Below, piece after piece: positions 1 to 8,442 of a DNA stretch of 64,000 nt. This DNA is from an uncultured Desulfospira sp. (GTDB lineage: Bacteria > Desulfobacterota > Desulfobacteria > Desulfobacterales > Desulfobacteraceae). How positions within the stretch are numbered: position 1 is the first letter of the stretch; each line of letters starts with the position of its first letter. The stretch is from contig OY760175.1 in assembly GCA_963663165.1 (NCBI GenBank), forward strand, positions 4,480,001 to 4,544,000, read 5' to 3'. The notes under the pieces were generated by a model, which saw only the letters and a list, made by a program, of their open reading frames with translations, had not been told where the DNA came from and did no database searches. Both the position numbers and the translations under genes were made by a program.

Positions 1-203
1 TGTCCGGCGCCATGGGGTCTATTATGGCGGTGATGACCGTGGCCCACAGCCTGGGCATGTTTACCGGCTCTATCCTGGCCGGGCTGGCCATGGATTTTTT
101 CAACCTGGGCCTGGCATTTCCCTGGGGGGCCCTGTGCATGGTTCTGGGCGCGTTGGGGTATCTGATATTGGGGATGAAACATTTTAATAGGAGAACACCA
201 TGA
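1..203 (+). CDS. MFS transporter, C-terminal fragment (5' end outside window)
   Basis: Frame is open to the window edge; two hydrophobic helices with an MFS TM11-12-like pattern (MGSIMAV..AHSLGMFTGSILAGLAMD..FPWGAL). Confidence 0.7.
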   Translation, partial: SGAMGSIMAVMTVAHSLGMFTGSILAGLAMDFFNLGLAFPWGALCMVLGALGYLILGMKHFNRRTP

Positions 204-1138
204 CCTTCAAACCATCCATAGGCTTTAAAGCCAAAGCGAGAATCGGAAAAACAATGGCCGAGGCTTTTTATAAAAAGGCCGGTAAAAGGCTTGGGGCACA
301 GCTATATACCCACAAGGGCAGAACCCGTATCGAGTGGGCCAAAATTTCATCGGGCAACCCCGAAACCCTGCTGCTGGTCCATGGGTTTTCAGACCGGAAA
401 GAAAGCCTTTATTTCACCTCAAGGGGCTTAACCAAAAAATTTGACATCATTATTCCGGATCTGCCCGGATTCGGGCAAAGCAGCGCAGACCCCAATCTGT
501 TGTACAGTCTGGACAATTACATCCTCTGGCTGGGGGAGTTCATTGAACAGACCGGTCTGGATTCTTTTCACCTGGCCGGCTGTTCTCTGGGCGGGGCCAT
601 TGCCGCAAAGCTTGCCGCAGCCTTTCCCGCAAAGGTAAAGACCCTTTCTTTAGTAGGACCGGCCGGCTTTTACCAACTTATCGGCAGGTCCATCTATGAC
701 GATGCCCTTGCCGGCATTAATATTTTTGAAATCGAAAACCCTGAAGAATATGAGGCCCTGCAAAACCGAATATTTAAAAAAAGGCCGGCCATACCCGTCT
801 GTGTCAGGGAACACATGATCAGCCATGCCATAGAAAACAGGCTCTGGTACAAGAAGCTTTTAGATGAACTCATGGTTCTGGATGCCGTATCCTCAGACCC
901 GCAAGCCCTGGAACAGGCCTCCCTTAACCATTTGTGTCCGGACCTGACCATGCCCGTCATGCTGCTCTGGGGCCGCCACGACACCCTGTTCCCCTGTGAA
1001 ACCGCCCATTTTTTAAAAGAACGCCTGCCCCGGGCCCAGGTTCACATCTTTGAGGAATTCGGCCACGCCCCCCATTTGGAAGGGCCTAAGGCGCTGGCAG
1101 ACCGAATTCTGGCATTTATTAATTCGCAATCCTTTTAA
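200..1138 (+). CDS. Alpha/beta fold hydrolase (esterase/lipase-like)
   Basis: HGF oxyanion motif, PDLPGFGQS, nucleophile elbow GCSLGG, LWGRHD, GHAPH; ATGA overlap with the upstream gene. Confidence 0.92.
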   Translation: MTFKPSIGFKAKARIGKTMAEAFYKKAGKRLGAQLYTHKGRTRIEWAKISSGNPETLLLVHGFSDRKESLYFTSRGLTKKFDIIIPDLPGFGQSSADPNLLYSLDNYILWLGEFIEQTGLDSFHLAGCSLGGAIAAKLAAAFPAKVKTLSLVGPAGFYQLIGRSIYDDALAGINIFEIENPEEYEALQNRIFKKRPAIPVCVREHMISHAIENRLWYKKLLDELMVLDAVSSDPQALEQASLNHLCPDLTMPVMLLWGRHDTLFPCETAHFLKERLPRAQVHIFEEFGHAPHLEGPKALADRILAFINSQSF

Positions 1139-1142
1139 GTTA

Positions 1143-1206
1143 AACGCCGGCTGCCGCCGGGATCTGTATTTGATCCGGCAGCAGCCGACTTTCGTTTTCC
1201 GGCGTT
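1143..1206. terminator. GC-rich stem-loop between convergent genes
   Basis: AACGCCGG...CCGGCGTT outer arms and inner CGGCTGC/GCAGCCG arms between the stops at 1138 (+) and 1210 (-). Confidence 0.5.
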
Positions 1207-1209
1207 GGA

Positions 1210-2046
1210 TTATGCGGTTTTCCACCAGAGCGTCATGCCCTGCCAGGTATAGGGGAGAATGACTTTACCATTCTTTTTTTCCACCACAGTTTCATAGTAA
1301 TCTCTTATTTCAGACACCTGTTCCTGGGACAATTTCGGCATTCTCATGGTGAAATCAGCCACCATGTCGTCCAGGCTGTCAAAGTGATGTTCCATCTTTC
1401 CCGGGAAAACATCCACATTAGGATAGATGCCCTTTTGATAGAGAAGGTTGAAAATAACGTTTGCCTGGGGCATGCCAGGATATTCCATATTAAACAGGGT
1501 TTTAAAAATATATGTGGAATCCTTATCCCATGAGGGCGGGCCGGCAAACCAGAGCAGAAAAACATGGCCTTTGGACACTTTGAGCATCTTTTCAATGGCC
1601 AGGCCAATGTCCGGCATCCCCAGAGAAAAAGAGGCAACAACCACATCAAAGTAAGGTGAAAGGTCTTTTTGTTCGTCAACCTCTTCCCATTTCTTTTGGA
1701 CGCAGTCAACATTGGTCAGGTTGTTGGCCTTGATGTTCTCACGGAGTACTGCGGCCATGGCCCCTGACGGTTCTACGGCGGTAATATGCCCCACCTTAGG
1801 GGCTAAAGGGATGGTCAGGGTGCCGGGGCCGGCCCCCACATCCAGTATCCGGGAGGTTTCATCAACCGGGAAGGTGTCCAGCAGATCGTTTATCCATCCC
1901 TGCTCATTTAAGACCATCTGCCAGTAATTGCGGGCTGACGCCTCATTATCAAAGGCCCGGGCACAGTCTGATCCCCCCATGGCGGCAACCATAGCTGCCA
2001 TTTGTTGTTTCCAAATTTCATTCCAGTCCATCTGATTTATTTTCAT
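1210..2046 (-). CDS. Class I SAM-dependent methyltransferase
   Basis: Motif I ILDVGAGPG, AVEPS, FDVVVASFS; GGAG RBS; 14 bp downstream of the TonB receptor. Confidence 0.92.
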   Translation of the reverse strand: MKINQMDWNEIWKQQMAAMVAAMGGSDCARAFDNEASARNYWQMVLNEQGWINDLLDTFPVDETSRILDVGAGPGTLTIPLAPKVGHITAVEPSGAMAAVLRENIKANNLTNVDCVQKKWEEVDEQKDLSPYFDVVVASFSLGMPDIGLAIEKMLKVSKGHVFLLWFAGPPSWDKDSTYIFKTLFNMEYPGMPQANVIFNLLYQKGIYPNVDVFPGKMEHHFDSLDDMVADFTMRMPKLSQEQVSEIRDYYETVVEKKNGKVILPYTWQGMTLWWKTA

Positions 2047-2060
2047 TTTAAATATTCTCC

Positions 2061-4190
2061 TTAAAACTTATATCCGAGACTGATGCCAAATACCCTGCCG
2101 ACGGCCGGAATTTTGTATTCTTCTTCGTAATCGGTATCAAAAACGTTGGTGACATACAGTTTGACCTTGGCCTGCTGGTTTAAAAACCGTTGCTCAAATG
2201 CCAGATCCATGGTGGTAAAGGCGTCAATTTCCTGGTCCAGGCTGGTTTTTCTCTTGTCCACATACCGGACATTGCACATCAGGATACTGTTGTCGAAAAT
2301 GGCGTAGCTTAAGCCTAAAGCGGCTTTATGTTTGGGAAGCTGGTAATGGTCGTCGTAAAGCTGGCTCTCATCCACCTGGGTCGGGCCCAAGTCCGACTCC
2401 TGGTAGGTGTAGTTCAGATAACCGTTAAGCCCGTCAAAAAGGCTGAACCGGATTTCGGCTTCAATTCCTTTCAGCTTGAGATAGTCGGCATTAAAAACCA
2501 TATCTTCAATATTGCCGGCGGCAAGCAGGGCATTATAGTTCTGGTTAAACATAACGTAATTGTCGATATCATAATAGTAACAACCCAACCGAGCGGTAAT
2601 GTCTTCAGAAACCTTCTGGATAATGCCGCCTTCATATTCCATGGCGGTTTCCTTATCAAGGTAGATGCCTGTAGGAGCGCCCATCCAGAGCACTTCCATG
2701 CCCGTTGGGGTGCGGAACGCCCGGCTGATGTTCAGATACCCTGTGGTTCCGGGCCGAAATTCATAGTTGAGACGGGATTTGGGTGACCAGACATCGGTAT
2801 CCTCGGAAAAATCTTGATCTTCATATCCTGGATAGGATGCTTCAATTTCCATGTCGACCTTGTCATAACGAAGCCCTAAAGTCAGGCTCAGCTTATCCGT
2901 TATCTGCCAGGCATCCTCAATAAACGCTGCCTTATGGGTAATCATCTTGGCTGATGGCACATGCCATTCCATCATTCCCCCCATATCAGCGTTATACCCC
3001 AGATCATATTCACGCCCTTCTGCACCGATGGTGATATGATGGGCATCCGTCAGATAAAACCGGTTATGGATAATCCAGCCCCAGTCATCAAAGGTAACAT
3101 CCATGGGATAGTCATAGAAGCCGAAATAAGGGCTGTAATTGTAATGGCTTTCATCTCGGAATTCTTCAGATTTGTACAGGTGGAATTTCCAGTCCCCTAT
3201 GGGGGTGGACTGTTCATAGAAAAGATCAAAATATTCGGTTTCGCGTTTTTCAAAACTGTCGCTGCCCGGGTAGTTATTGCTTGATCCGGTCAACGCTTCA
3301 ATAACCGGATAACTGGAATCGTAAAAGCCTCCTGCCAGAACGTCGTCAGGATCATTAACCACATAAGGTTCCTTATCCTGGAAACTTCCCTTGTATCCAA
3401 AGGTCAGGCGGCCCTCAAAGGGAAAGGTATAGGATAAACGGCAGTTGACATCCTTGAGTTCATATTCACTGTTTTTCAGGTAACCGTCAGACGTCCTGTA
3501 AGCCCCGCCAACCGCATATCCAAAGGATTTAATGTTTCCTGCCAGCCCTGCTGTGGCTTTCTGGGTACCGTATTCGGAGATATCCACCATGACATTGGCC
3601 TCGGGCTTTTTGTCTTTTTTGGTGCTTCCTTTTTTGGTTACGATATTAATGGTACCCCCAATGGTTTCTCCGTAAACCGCTGAATGCCCGCCACGGATGA
3701 CTTCCACCCGCTCCACATTTTCCAGGGTCAAAGAGTTCCAGTCCACCAGTTTGTCCGAGAAACCCCCGGCATTCCGGATGGGCCGTCCGTCGATGCGGAG
3801 TAAAATCCGCCGGGCCCCCATGCCCCGTATTTTGACCACATCCTTCCCATCGGACAGGGTCTGGTCCCCCCGCTGAATATCGATGCCGGCCATGCTTTCC
3901 AGAATGTCCTGTACCGTGGTGGGGGTTTTGGCGCTTTCATAGGTCTCAATGACCACGCTGGTGGCGGTAGGGTCAATGGCGATACCCATGGCCTCACCTT
4001 CTCTGTCCGAAGTGACCACAATTTCGCCCAGCTCACAGGCTTCCTGGCTGTTATCATCAGAAACCGCCTGTGACGAGGTCCCCCATGCCGTCATGGGCAC
4101 TAGTATAAAAATCCCCAAAGCCGTCGCTATCATGCCCTTTCTCCAAGAGCCCGGGAACAGCCGTATTAACGTTTTGTCCTGCTTTTTCAT
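2061..4190 (-). CDS. TonB-dependent outer-membrane receptor
   Basis: Signal peptide, TonB box EIVVTS, plug motifs IRGM..LRIDG and VERVEVIRGGHSAVYG..GGTINIVTK, C-terminal GRVFGISLGYKF. Confidence 0.95.
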   Translation of the reverse strand: MKKQDKTLIRLFPGSWRKGMIATALGIFILVPMTAWGTSSQAVSDDNSQEACELGEIVVTSDREGEAMGIAIDPTATSVVIETYESAKTPTTVQDILESMAGIDIQRGDQTLSDGKDVVKIRGMGARRILLRIDGRPIRNAGGFSDKLVDWNSLTLENVERVEVIRGGHSAVYGETIGGTINIVTKKGSTKKDKKPEANVMVDISEYGTQKATAGLAGNIKSFGYAVGGAYRTSDGYLKNSEYELKDVNCRLSYTFPFEGRLTFGYKGSFQDKEPYVVNDPDDVLAGGFYDSSYPVIEALTGSSNNYPGSDSFEKRETEYFDLFYEQSTPIGDWKFHLYKSEEFRDESHYNYSPYFGFYDYPMDVTFDDWGWIIHNRFYLTDAHHITIGAEGREYDLGYNADMGGMMEWHVPSAKMITHKAAFIEDAWQITDKLSLTLGLRYDKVDMEIEASYPGYEDQDFSEDTDVWSPKSRLNYEFRPGTTGYLNISRAFRTPTGMEVLWMGAPTGIYLDKETAMEYEGGIIQKVSEDITARLGCYYYDIDNYVMFNQNYNALLAAGNIEDMVFNADYLKLKGIEAEIRFSLFDGLNGYLNYTYQESDLGPTQVDESQLYDDHYQLPKHKAALGLSYAIFDNSILMCNVRYVDKRKTSLDQEIDAFTTMDLAFEQRFLNQQAKVKLYVTNVFDTDYEEEYKIPAVGRVFGISLGYKF

Positions 4191-4259
4191 CCGGTTCTTC
4201 TCCTTTTCAAATCAGTAAATAATTAAGAACAACTCCTTTCTCGTTTCAGCGCTACAAAT

Positions 4260-4361
4260 AAAAAAAGCCACGGAAGACTATTCCGGAATTCCGGAATAAA
4301 AAGCCTCCGTGGCTTAATTTCTAATTAGACAACAAATAAAATAAGAACTGCCTTCTGGCAG
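4260..4361 (-). promoter_or_regulatory. Leader intrinsic terminator with overlapping alternative hairpin (candidate attenuator)
   Basis: Minus strand reads AAGCCACGGAGGCT-TTTTATTCCGGAATTCCGGAATA-GTCTTCCGTGGCTT-T run, about 70 nt before the TonB start. The 5' arm can refold as AAGCC-ACGGA-GGCTT, and CTGCC-AGAA-GGCAG lies upstream. Confidence 0.6.
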
Positions 4362-4456
4362 ATATTGACAGGTCTGATAGTATAAAATTTTGATTATGTC
4401 AAAGAATTAAATGTTTTTTTGCCCGGCACCAGACGAAACAAATCGAATCAAGGGCG

Positions 4457-4554
4457 TCGCCCTCTTTTTTATATGCTCACGCAAAGTCGCTAAGGCACAA
4501 AGAATAACAATGCCCAGGGCAATTTAAACTTTGCGCCTTTGCGTGAGTTTTTTT
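4457..4554 (+). repeat. Dispersed palindromic ~100-bp element, copy 1 (CTCACGCAAAG...CTTTGCGTGAG)
   Basis: Terminal inverted repeats; homologous to the reverse complement of 47810-47908. Confidence 0.8.
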
Positions 4555-4633
4555 AAGTGCATGGTAGTATGCCTGCTGAAAACACCACGTTCATGGCTGT
4601 GGAGGATCGAAGAATATGGAGATCTATTATTTC

Positions 4634-4672
4634 TTGACAATTCAAAATAAATCTGTACAGTAAACTGTACAG
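4634..4672 (+). promoter_or_regulatory. sigma70 promoter with YefM-type operator
   Basis: TTGACA at 4634, -10-like TACAGT at 4656; two CTGTACAG palindromes (4653-4660, 4665-4672). TGTACA is the known yefM-yoeB operator core. Confidence 0.8.
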
Positions 4673-4683
4673 GAGGTGCCGGA

Positions 4684-4935
4684 ATGGAAGCCATTACTTA
4701 TACAAATGCAAGGCAAAATCTCGCTAAAACCATGGAAAAGGTCTGTAATGACCGTGCCCCCATCATTGTGACCCGAAAATCTTCAGGTTCTGTGGTCATG
4801 ATATCACTTGAAGATTATGAAGCCCTTGAAGAAACCGCCTATCTTCTGCGGTCACCAAAAAACGCCAGGCGTCTTATCGAATCCATCGCCCAGCTTGAAA
4901 GCGGTAAAGGACAGGAAAGGAAGCTGCTGGAGTGA
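4684..4935 (+). CDS. yefM: Phd/YefM family antitoxin
   Basis: MEAITYTNARQNLAKTMEKV...ETAYLLRSPKNARRLIESIAQL is typical of YefM; AGGAGG RBS. Confidence 0.95.
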   Translation: MEAITYTNARQNLAKTMEKVCNDRAPIIVTRKSSGSVVMISLEDYEALEETAYLLRSPKNARRLIESIAQLESGKGQERKLLE

Positions 4936-5186
4936 AGCTCATTTTTTCGGACCATGCATGGAATGACTATCTCTTCTGGCAGAAAACCGATAAAAAAGTT
5001 CTACGCCGTATTAACACACTTATTAAAGATACAAAGCGAACCCCATTTGAGGGTGTTGGTAAGCCTGAACCTTTAAAACATGCGCTTTTCGGCTACTGGT
5101 CCAGACGGATAACCGATGAACACCGGTTTGTATACCGGGTTTTTGAAAATTCAATTGAAGTTGCTCAACTGCGATACCACTATTGA
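4932..5186 (+). CDS. yoeB: Txe/YoeB family toxin
   Basis: GKPEPLKH..GYWSRRITDEHR..Y...RYHY; GTGA overlap with yefM. Confidence 0.95.
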   Translation: MKLIFSDHAWNDYLFWQKTDKKVLRRINTLIKDTKRTPFEGVGKPEPLKHALFGYWSRRITDEHRFVYRVFENSIEVAQLRYHY

Positions 5187-6037
5187 TTTAAAACCACGCA
5201 GGCCATGATGTTGTAGACCAGCTGGGCGGCGGTAAAAGAGCAGGAATGAAGATAAGGGATCGGCGCCAGTTCAACCACATCAAAGCCGATACAGGTCCGG
5301 TTTTTTGTGATCGGTTTGATCAGGTCCATGGCCTGGAACCAGCCAAGGCCGCCGGGAACCGGGGTGCCGGTGGCCGGGACCAGGGACGGGTCCAAGCCGT
5401 CAATGTCAAAGGTGATATAGATTTGTTCGGGAAAATCGTCGGGCAGGGGGTTTTTCGGCAAATGCCGGTGGATCTCTTCGCTGTCAAAAAAGGGGATGGC
5501 GTGCTGTTGCCGGTATTCCTGCTCTTCAAGGCAATAACTCCGGGTGCCGACCTGGACCAGCGGAATGCCAAGCTCGTGTACCCGGCGCATGACACAGGCA
5601 TGGCTTAATGGGTTCTCTTCATAAATATTTCTTAAATCGGCATGGGCGTCAAACTGGACTACGCCAAACTGGGGGTGCCGTTTTCTCAAAGCGTTGACCG
5701 CGCCCAGGGTCACGGTATGTTCGCCGCCGAGAACAACCGGGATGCTGCGGGCAAGGCTTACCTCGTCTTCAATTCGTTCCAGCACTGCAGACACCGGGCC
5801 TTGGCAGTCAATGGGGGCTGCGGTATGAATGCCGTGGATGGAGGGATCAACCCCTAAGGCCAGGGTCTCCAGCTGGCAGGAGGCTTCAAGAATGGCGCTG
5901 GGGCCGTTGGCCGTACCGGTGCCGTAGGAGACAGACTGCTCTAAAGGAACCGGGATAACGTGGAACAGGGCGTCTTCAGGTGATGACGGGGCAACGTCAT
6001 CACCATGAAAATGAAGGTGCCGGGCTTCTTTTTTCAT
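5180..6037 (-). CDS. speB: Agmatinase
   Basis: Ureohydrolase motifs GGEHT, DAHAD, SHAC, DIDGLDP, TGTPVPGG; in an operon with speA. Confidence 0.92.
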   Translation of the reverse strand: MKKEARHLHFHGDDVAPSSPEDALFHVIPVPLEQSVSYGTGTANGPSAILEASCQLETLALGVDPSIHGIHTAAPIDCQGPVSAVLERIEDEVSLARSIPVVLGGEHTVTLGAVNALRKRHPQFGVVQFDAHADLRNIYEENPLSHACVMRRVHELGIPLVQVGTRSYCLEEQEYRQQHAIPFFDSEEIHRHLPKNPLPDDFPEQIYITFDIDGLDPSLVPATGTPVPGGLGWFQAMDLIKPITKNRTCIGFDVVELAPIPYLHSCSFTAAQLVYNIMACVVLNQ

Positions 6038-7209
6038 TTGATCCTCCCCAGGTAATCGTCGTAACCAAAGGACTTTACCAGCCGGGGGGAATCATCCTTG
6101 CCTGAAAAAGTATAGATGGCCGGCAGCTCTACCCCGTTAAACGTAGTGTTTTTTACAAAAGTGTACAGGGCCATATCCGTTAAAACCAGCCGCTCCCCTG
6201 TCCTAAGGGGCGCAGCAAAAGAATAGTCGCCGATAATATCCCCGGCAAGGCAGGAAATTCCCCCTAACCGGAAGGTGTGGGCAAATTCTTCCGGTGTACC
6301 TGATCCCAGAATGTGGGGCCGATAGGGCATGGCCAGCACATCGGGCATGTGGGTTTCGGCTGAGCAGTCCAGCACGGCAATGTCAAGATCGTTGTGAATG
6401 ATGTCCGCCACCGAGGTGACAAAGACCCCGGCGTCAAGGACCACGGCTTCCCCGGGTTCAAGATAGACATCCACATGGTACTGTCTGCGAAACCGGTTGA
6501 TGGTGTCACAGAGCAGGTCAATGTCGTAGCCGGAGCGGGTGATATGGTGCCCCCCGCCCAGGTTGATCCATTCCATTTGCTGGATATAGGGTTTGAACCG
6601 GTCCTCGAAGCTTTCTAAAACCCGGACCAGCACATTGGCTCCCTGTTCGCAAAGGGCGTGAAAGTGAAGCCCGGTGATGCCTGACAGGTCTGCCCCTTCA
6701 AGGTCTTTGGCAGACACCCCGAACCGGGAGCCCGGCAGGCAGGGGTTGTATAAATCCACTTTAACCTCGGCATGGCCCGGGTTTACCCGGAGCCCTGCCT
6801 TAATCTTCCCTTTTTGGTTTACCTGCTCTTTATACCGGTTCCACTGGCCCATGGAGTTGAAGATCACATGATCAGAATAGGTTAACACCCGCGCCATCTG
6901 GGACGGTGTATAGGCCGGTGCATAGGTGTGGACCTGGCCGCCGAACTCCTCCCGGCCAAGCCTGGCCTCGATGGGGCCGGAGGCGCAGACCCCGGAAAGG
7001 TACCGGGAAAGCAGGGGAAATACCGCGGGCAGGGCAAAGGCCTTGAGGGCCAGCAGGATTTTAACACCGGCCTGTTCCCGGACCCGGGAAAGGATCCGGC
7101 CGTTGCGGTGCAGGACATCCTCGCTGATCAGGTAGCAGGGGGTTTTTACCTGATCAATGATCCGGATCGGAAAATACGCCAGGGTTTTCTGATCAAGGGC
7201 CTTGTTCAC
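6034..7209 (-). CDS. nspC: Carboxy(nor)spermidine decarboxylase
   Basis: TPCY, PLP-Lys LALKAF, LHFHALCEQ, NLGGGHHIT, HMPDVL.MPYRP, CLAGD, TTFNG. Start placed at GTG 7209 after GGAG; the ORF-track start at 7299 overlaps the upstream gene. Confidence 0.93.
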   Translation of the reverse strand: MNKALDQKTLAYFPIRIIDQVKTPCYLISEDVLHRNGRILSRVREQAGVKILLALKAFALPAVFPLLSRYLSGVCASGPIEARLGREEFGGQVHTYAPAYTPSQMARVLTYSDHVIFNSMGQWNRYKEQVNQKGKIKAGLRVNPGHAEVKVDLYNPCLPGSRFGVSAKDLEGADLSGITGLHFHALCEQGANVLVRVLESFEDRFKPYIQQMEWINLGGGHHITRSGYDIDLLCDTINRFRRQYHVDVYLEPGEAVVLDAGVFVTSVADIIHNDLDIAVLDCSAETHMPDVLAMPYRPHILGSGTPEEFAHTFRLGGISCLAGDIIGDYSFAAPLRTGERLVLTDMALYTFVKNTTFNGVELPAIYTFSGKDDSPRLVKSFGYDDYLGRIK

Positions 7210-7213
7210 CGCA

Positions 7214-8431
7214 TTACTCCGGAAGGCTGCCCGTAAAGTCAACGGCCTGCCAGGGAAGCCCGTTCTGGTTGAGCTCTTCCATAAAGGGGTCCGGGTCAAG
7301 TTGCTCCACGTTAAACACCCCCTGCCCTTTCCAGATGCCTTTGACCATCATCATGGCCCCGATCATGGCCGGCACACCGGTGGTGTAGGAGACGGCCTGG
7401 GCCTGCACCTCTTTAAAGGCCTCGGCATGGTCGCAGACATTGTAAATATATTTCTGAACGGGATTCCCGTCTTTTTCCCCTTTAACCACACAGCCGATAA
7501 CGGTTTTGCCCGTGTAGTTGCTCCCAAGGGAACCGGGATCGGGAAGCAGGGCCTTTAAAAACCGGATGGGGACGATCTTCTGCCCTTGAAACTCAATTTC
7601 ATCAATCCGGGTCATCCCCACGTTTTCCAGGACCTTAAGATGGGTCAGGTAAGGCTGCCCAAAGGTCATCCAGAACCGGATCCGTTTCAGGCCCGGGATA
7701 TGCCTGACCAAGGATTCCATTTCTTCGTGATACAGCAGATAGCTTTCCTTTGGGCCGGCCACCGGGTAGTCAAAGGTAAAGTGGACGCAGTCGTCTTCCA
7801 GGATCGGCGGGGTTTCCACCCAGGTGCCCTCCTGCCAGTGGCGGACCACCTGGGTGACTTCCCGGATATTGATTTCCGGGTTAAAGTTGGTGGCAAAAGG
7901 GTGGCCGTGGTCACCGGCATTGCAGTCCAGGATATCAATGGTTTCAATGGAAGAAAACAGATGCTTCTGGGCCCAGGCGCAGAAAATGTTGGTAACACCG
8001 GGATCAAACCCGCACCCCAGCAGGGCCATGAGCCCTTTTTCCTTAAATTTATCCTGGTAGGCCCATTGCCAGCTGTATTCAAAGTGGGCCGTGTCCTCGG
8101 GCTCATAATTGGCCGTGTCCATATAGTTGACCCCGCATGCAAGGCAGGCGTCCATAATGGACAGGTCCTGGTAGGGCAGGGCCACATTAATCACCAGTTC
8201 CGGCCGGCACCGCTCAAGCAGTTCAACCAGGTCATCCACCTTGTCGGCATCCACCTGGGCCGTGGTGATGGAAACGGTGCACAATTTTTCCACTTCTTCA
8301 GCGATGGCTTCGCATTTGGACAAGGTCCGGCTGGCAAGCCATATATCAGAAAATACATTTTTGTGCATGGCGCATTTTTTGGCGACCACGTTGCCGACGC
8401 CGCCGGCGCCGATAATCAGGACACGTGACAT
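7214..8431 (-). CDS. Carboxy(nor)spermidine dehydrogenase (saccharopine dehydrogenase family)
   Basis: IIGAGGVG, NVALPYQDL, DTANYEP, GCGFDPG, FATNFNPEINIRE, QAVSYTTGVP; adjacent to nspC. Confidence 0.93.
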   Translation of the reverse strand: MSRVLIIGAGGVGNVVAKKCAMHKNVFSDIWLASRTLSKCEAIAEEVEKLCTVSITTAQVDADKVDDLVELLERCRPELVINVALPYQDLSIMDACLACGVNYMDTANYEPEDTAHFEYSWQWAYQDKFKEKGLMALLGCGFDPGVTNIFCAWAQKHLFSSIETIDILDCNAGDHGHPFATNFNPEINIREVTQVVRHWQEGTWVETPPILEDDCVHFTFDYPVAGPKESYLLYHEEMESLVRHIPGLKRIRFWMTFGQPYLTHLKVLENVGMTRIDEIEFQGQKIVPIRFLKALLPDPGSLGSNYTGKTVIGCVVKGEKDGNPVQKYIYNVCDHAEAFKEVQAQAVSYTTGVPAMIGAMMMVKGIWKGQGVFNVEQLDPDPFMEELNQNGLPWQAVDFTGSLPE

Positions 8432-8442
8432 ATTTTTCCTCC

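Noticed and set aside
4191..4450. Cobalamin riboswitch before the TonB receptor
   Set aside because: No recognisable B12-box or GGGAA/GCCACTG core; the region is too AT-rich.
7586..8428. Long antisense ORFs (also 13532-14431, 26293-27145, 30814-31473, 46753-47553, 51330-52010)
   Set aside because: Shadows of well-supported genes on the opposite strand, expected from codon bias; no motifs.
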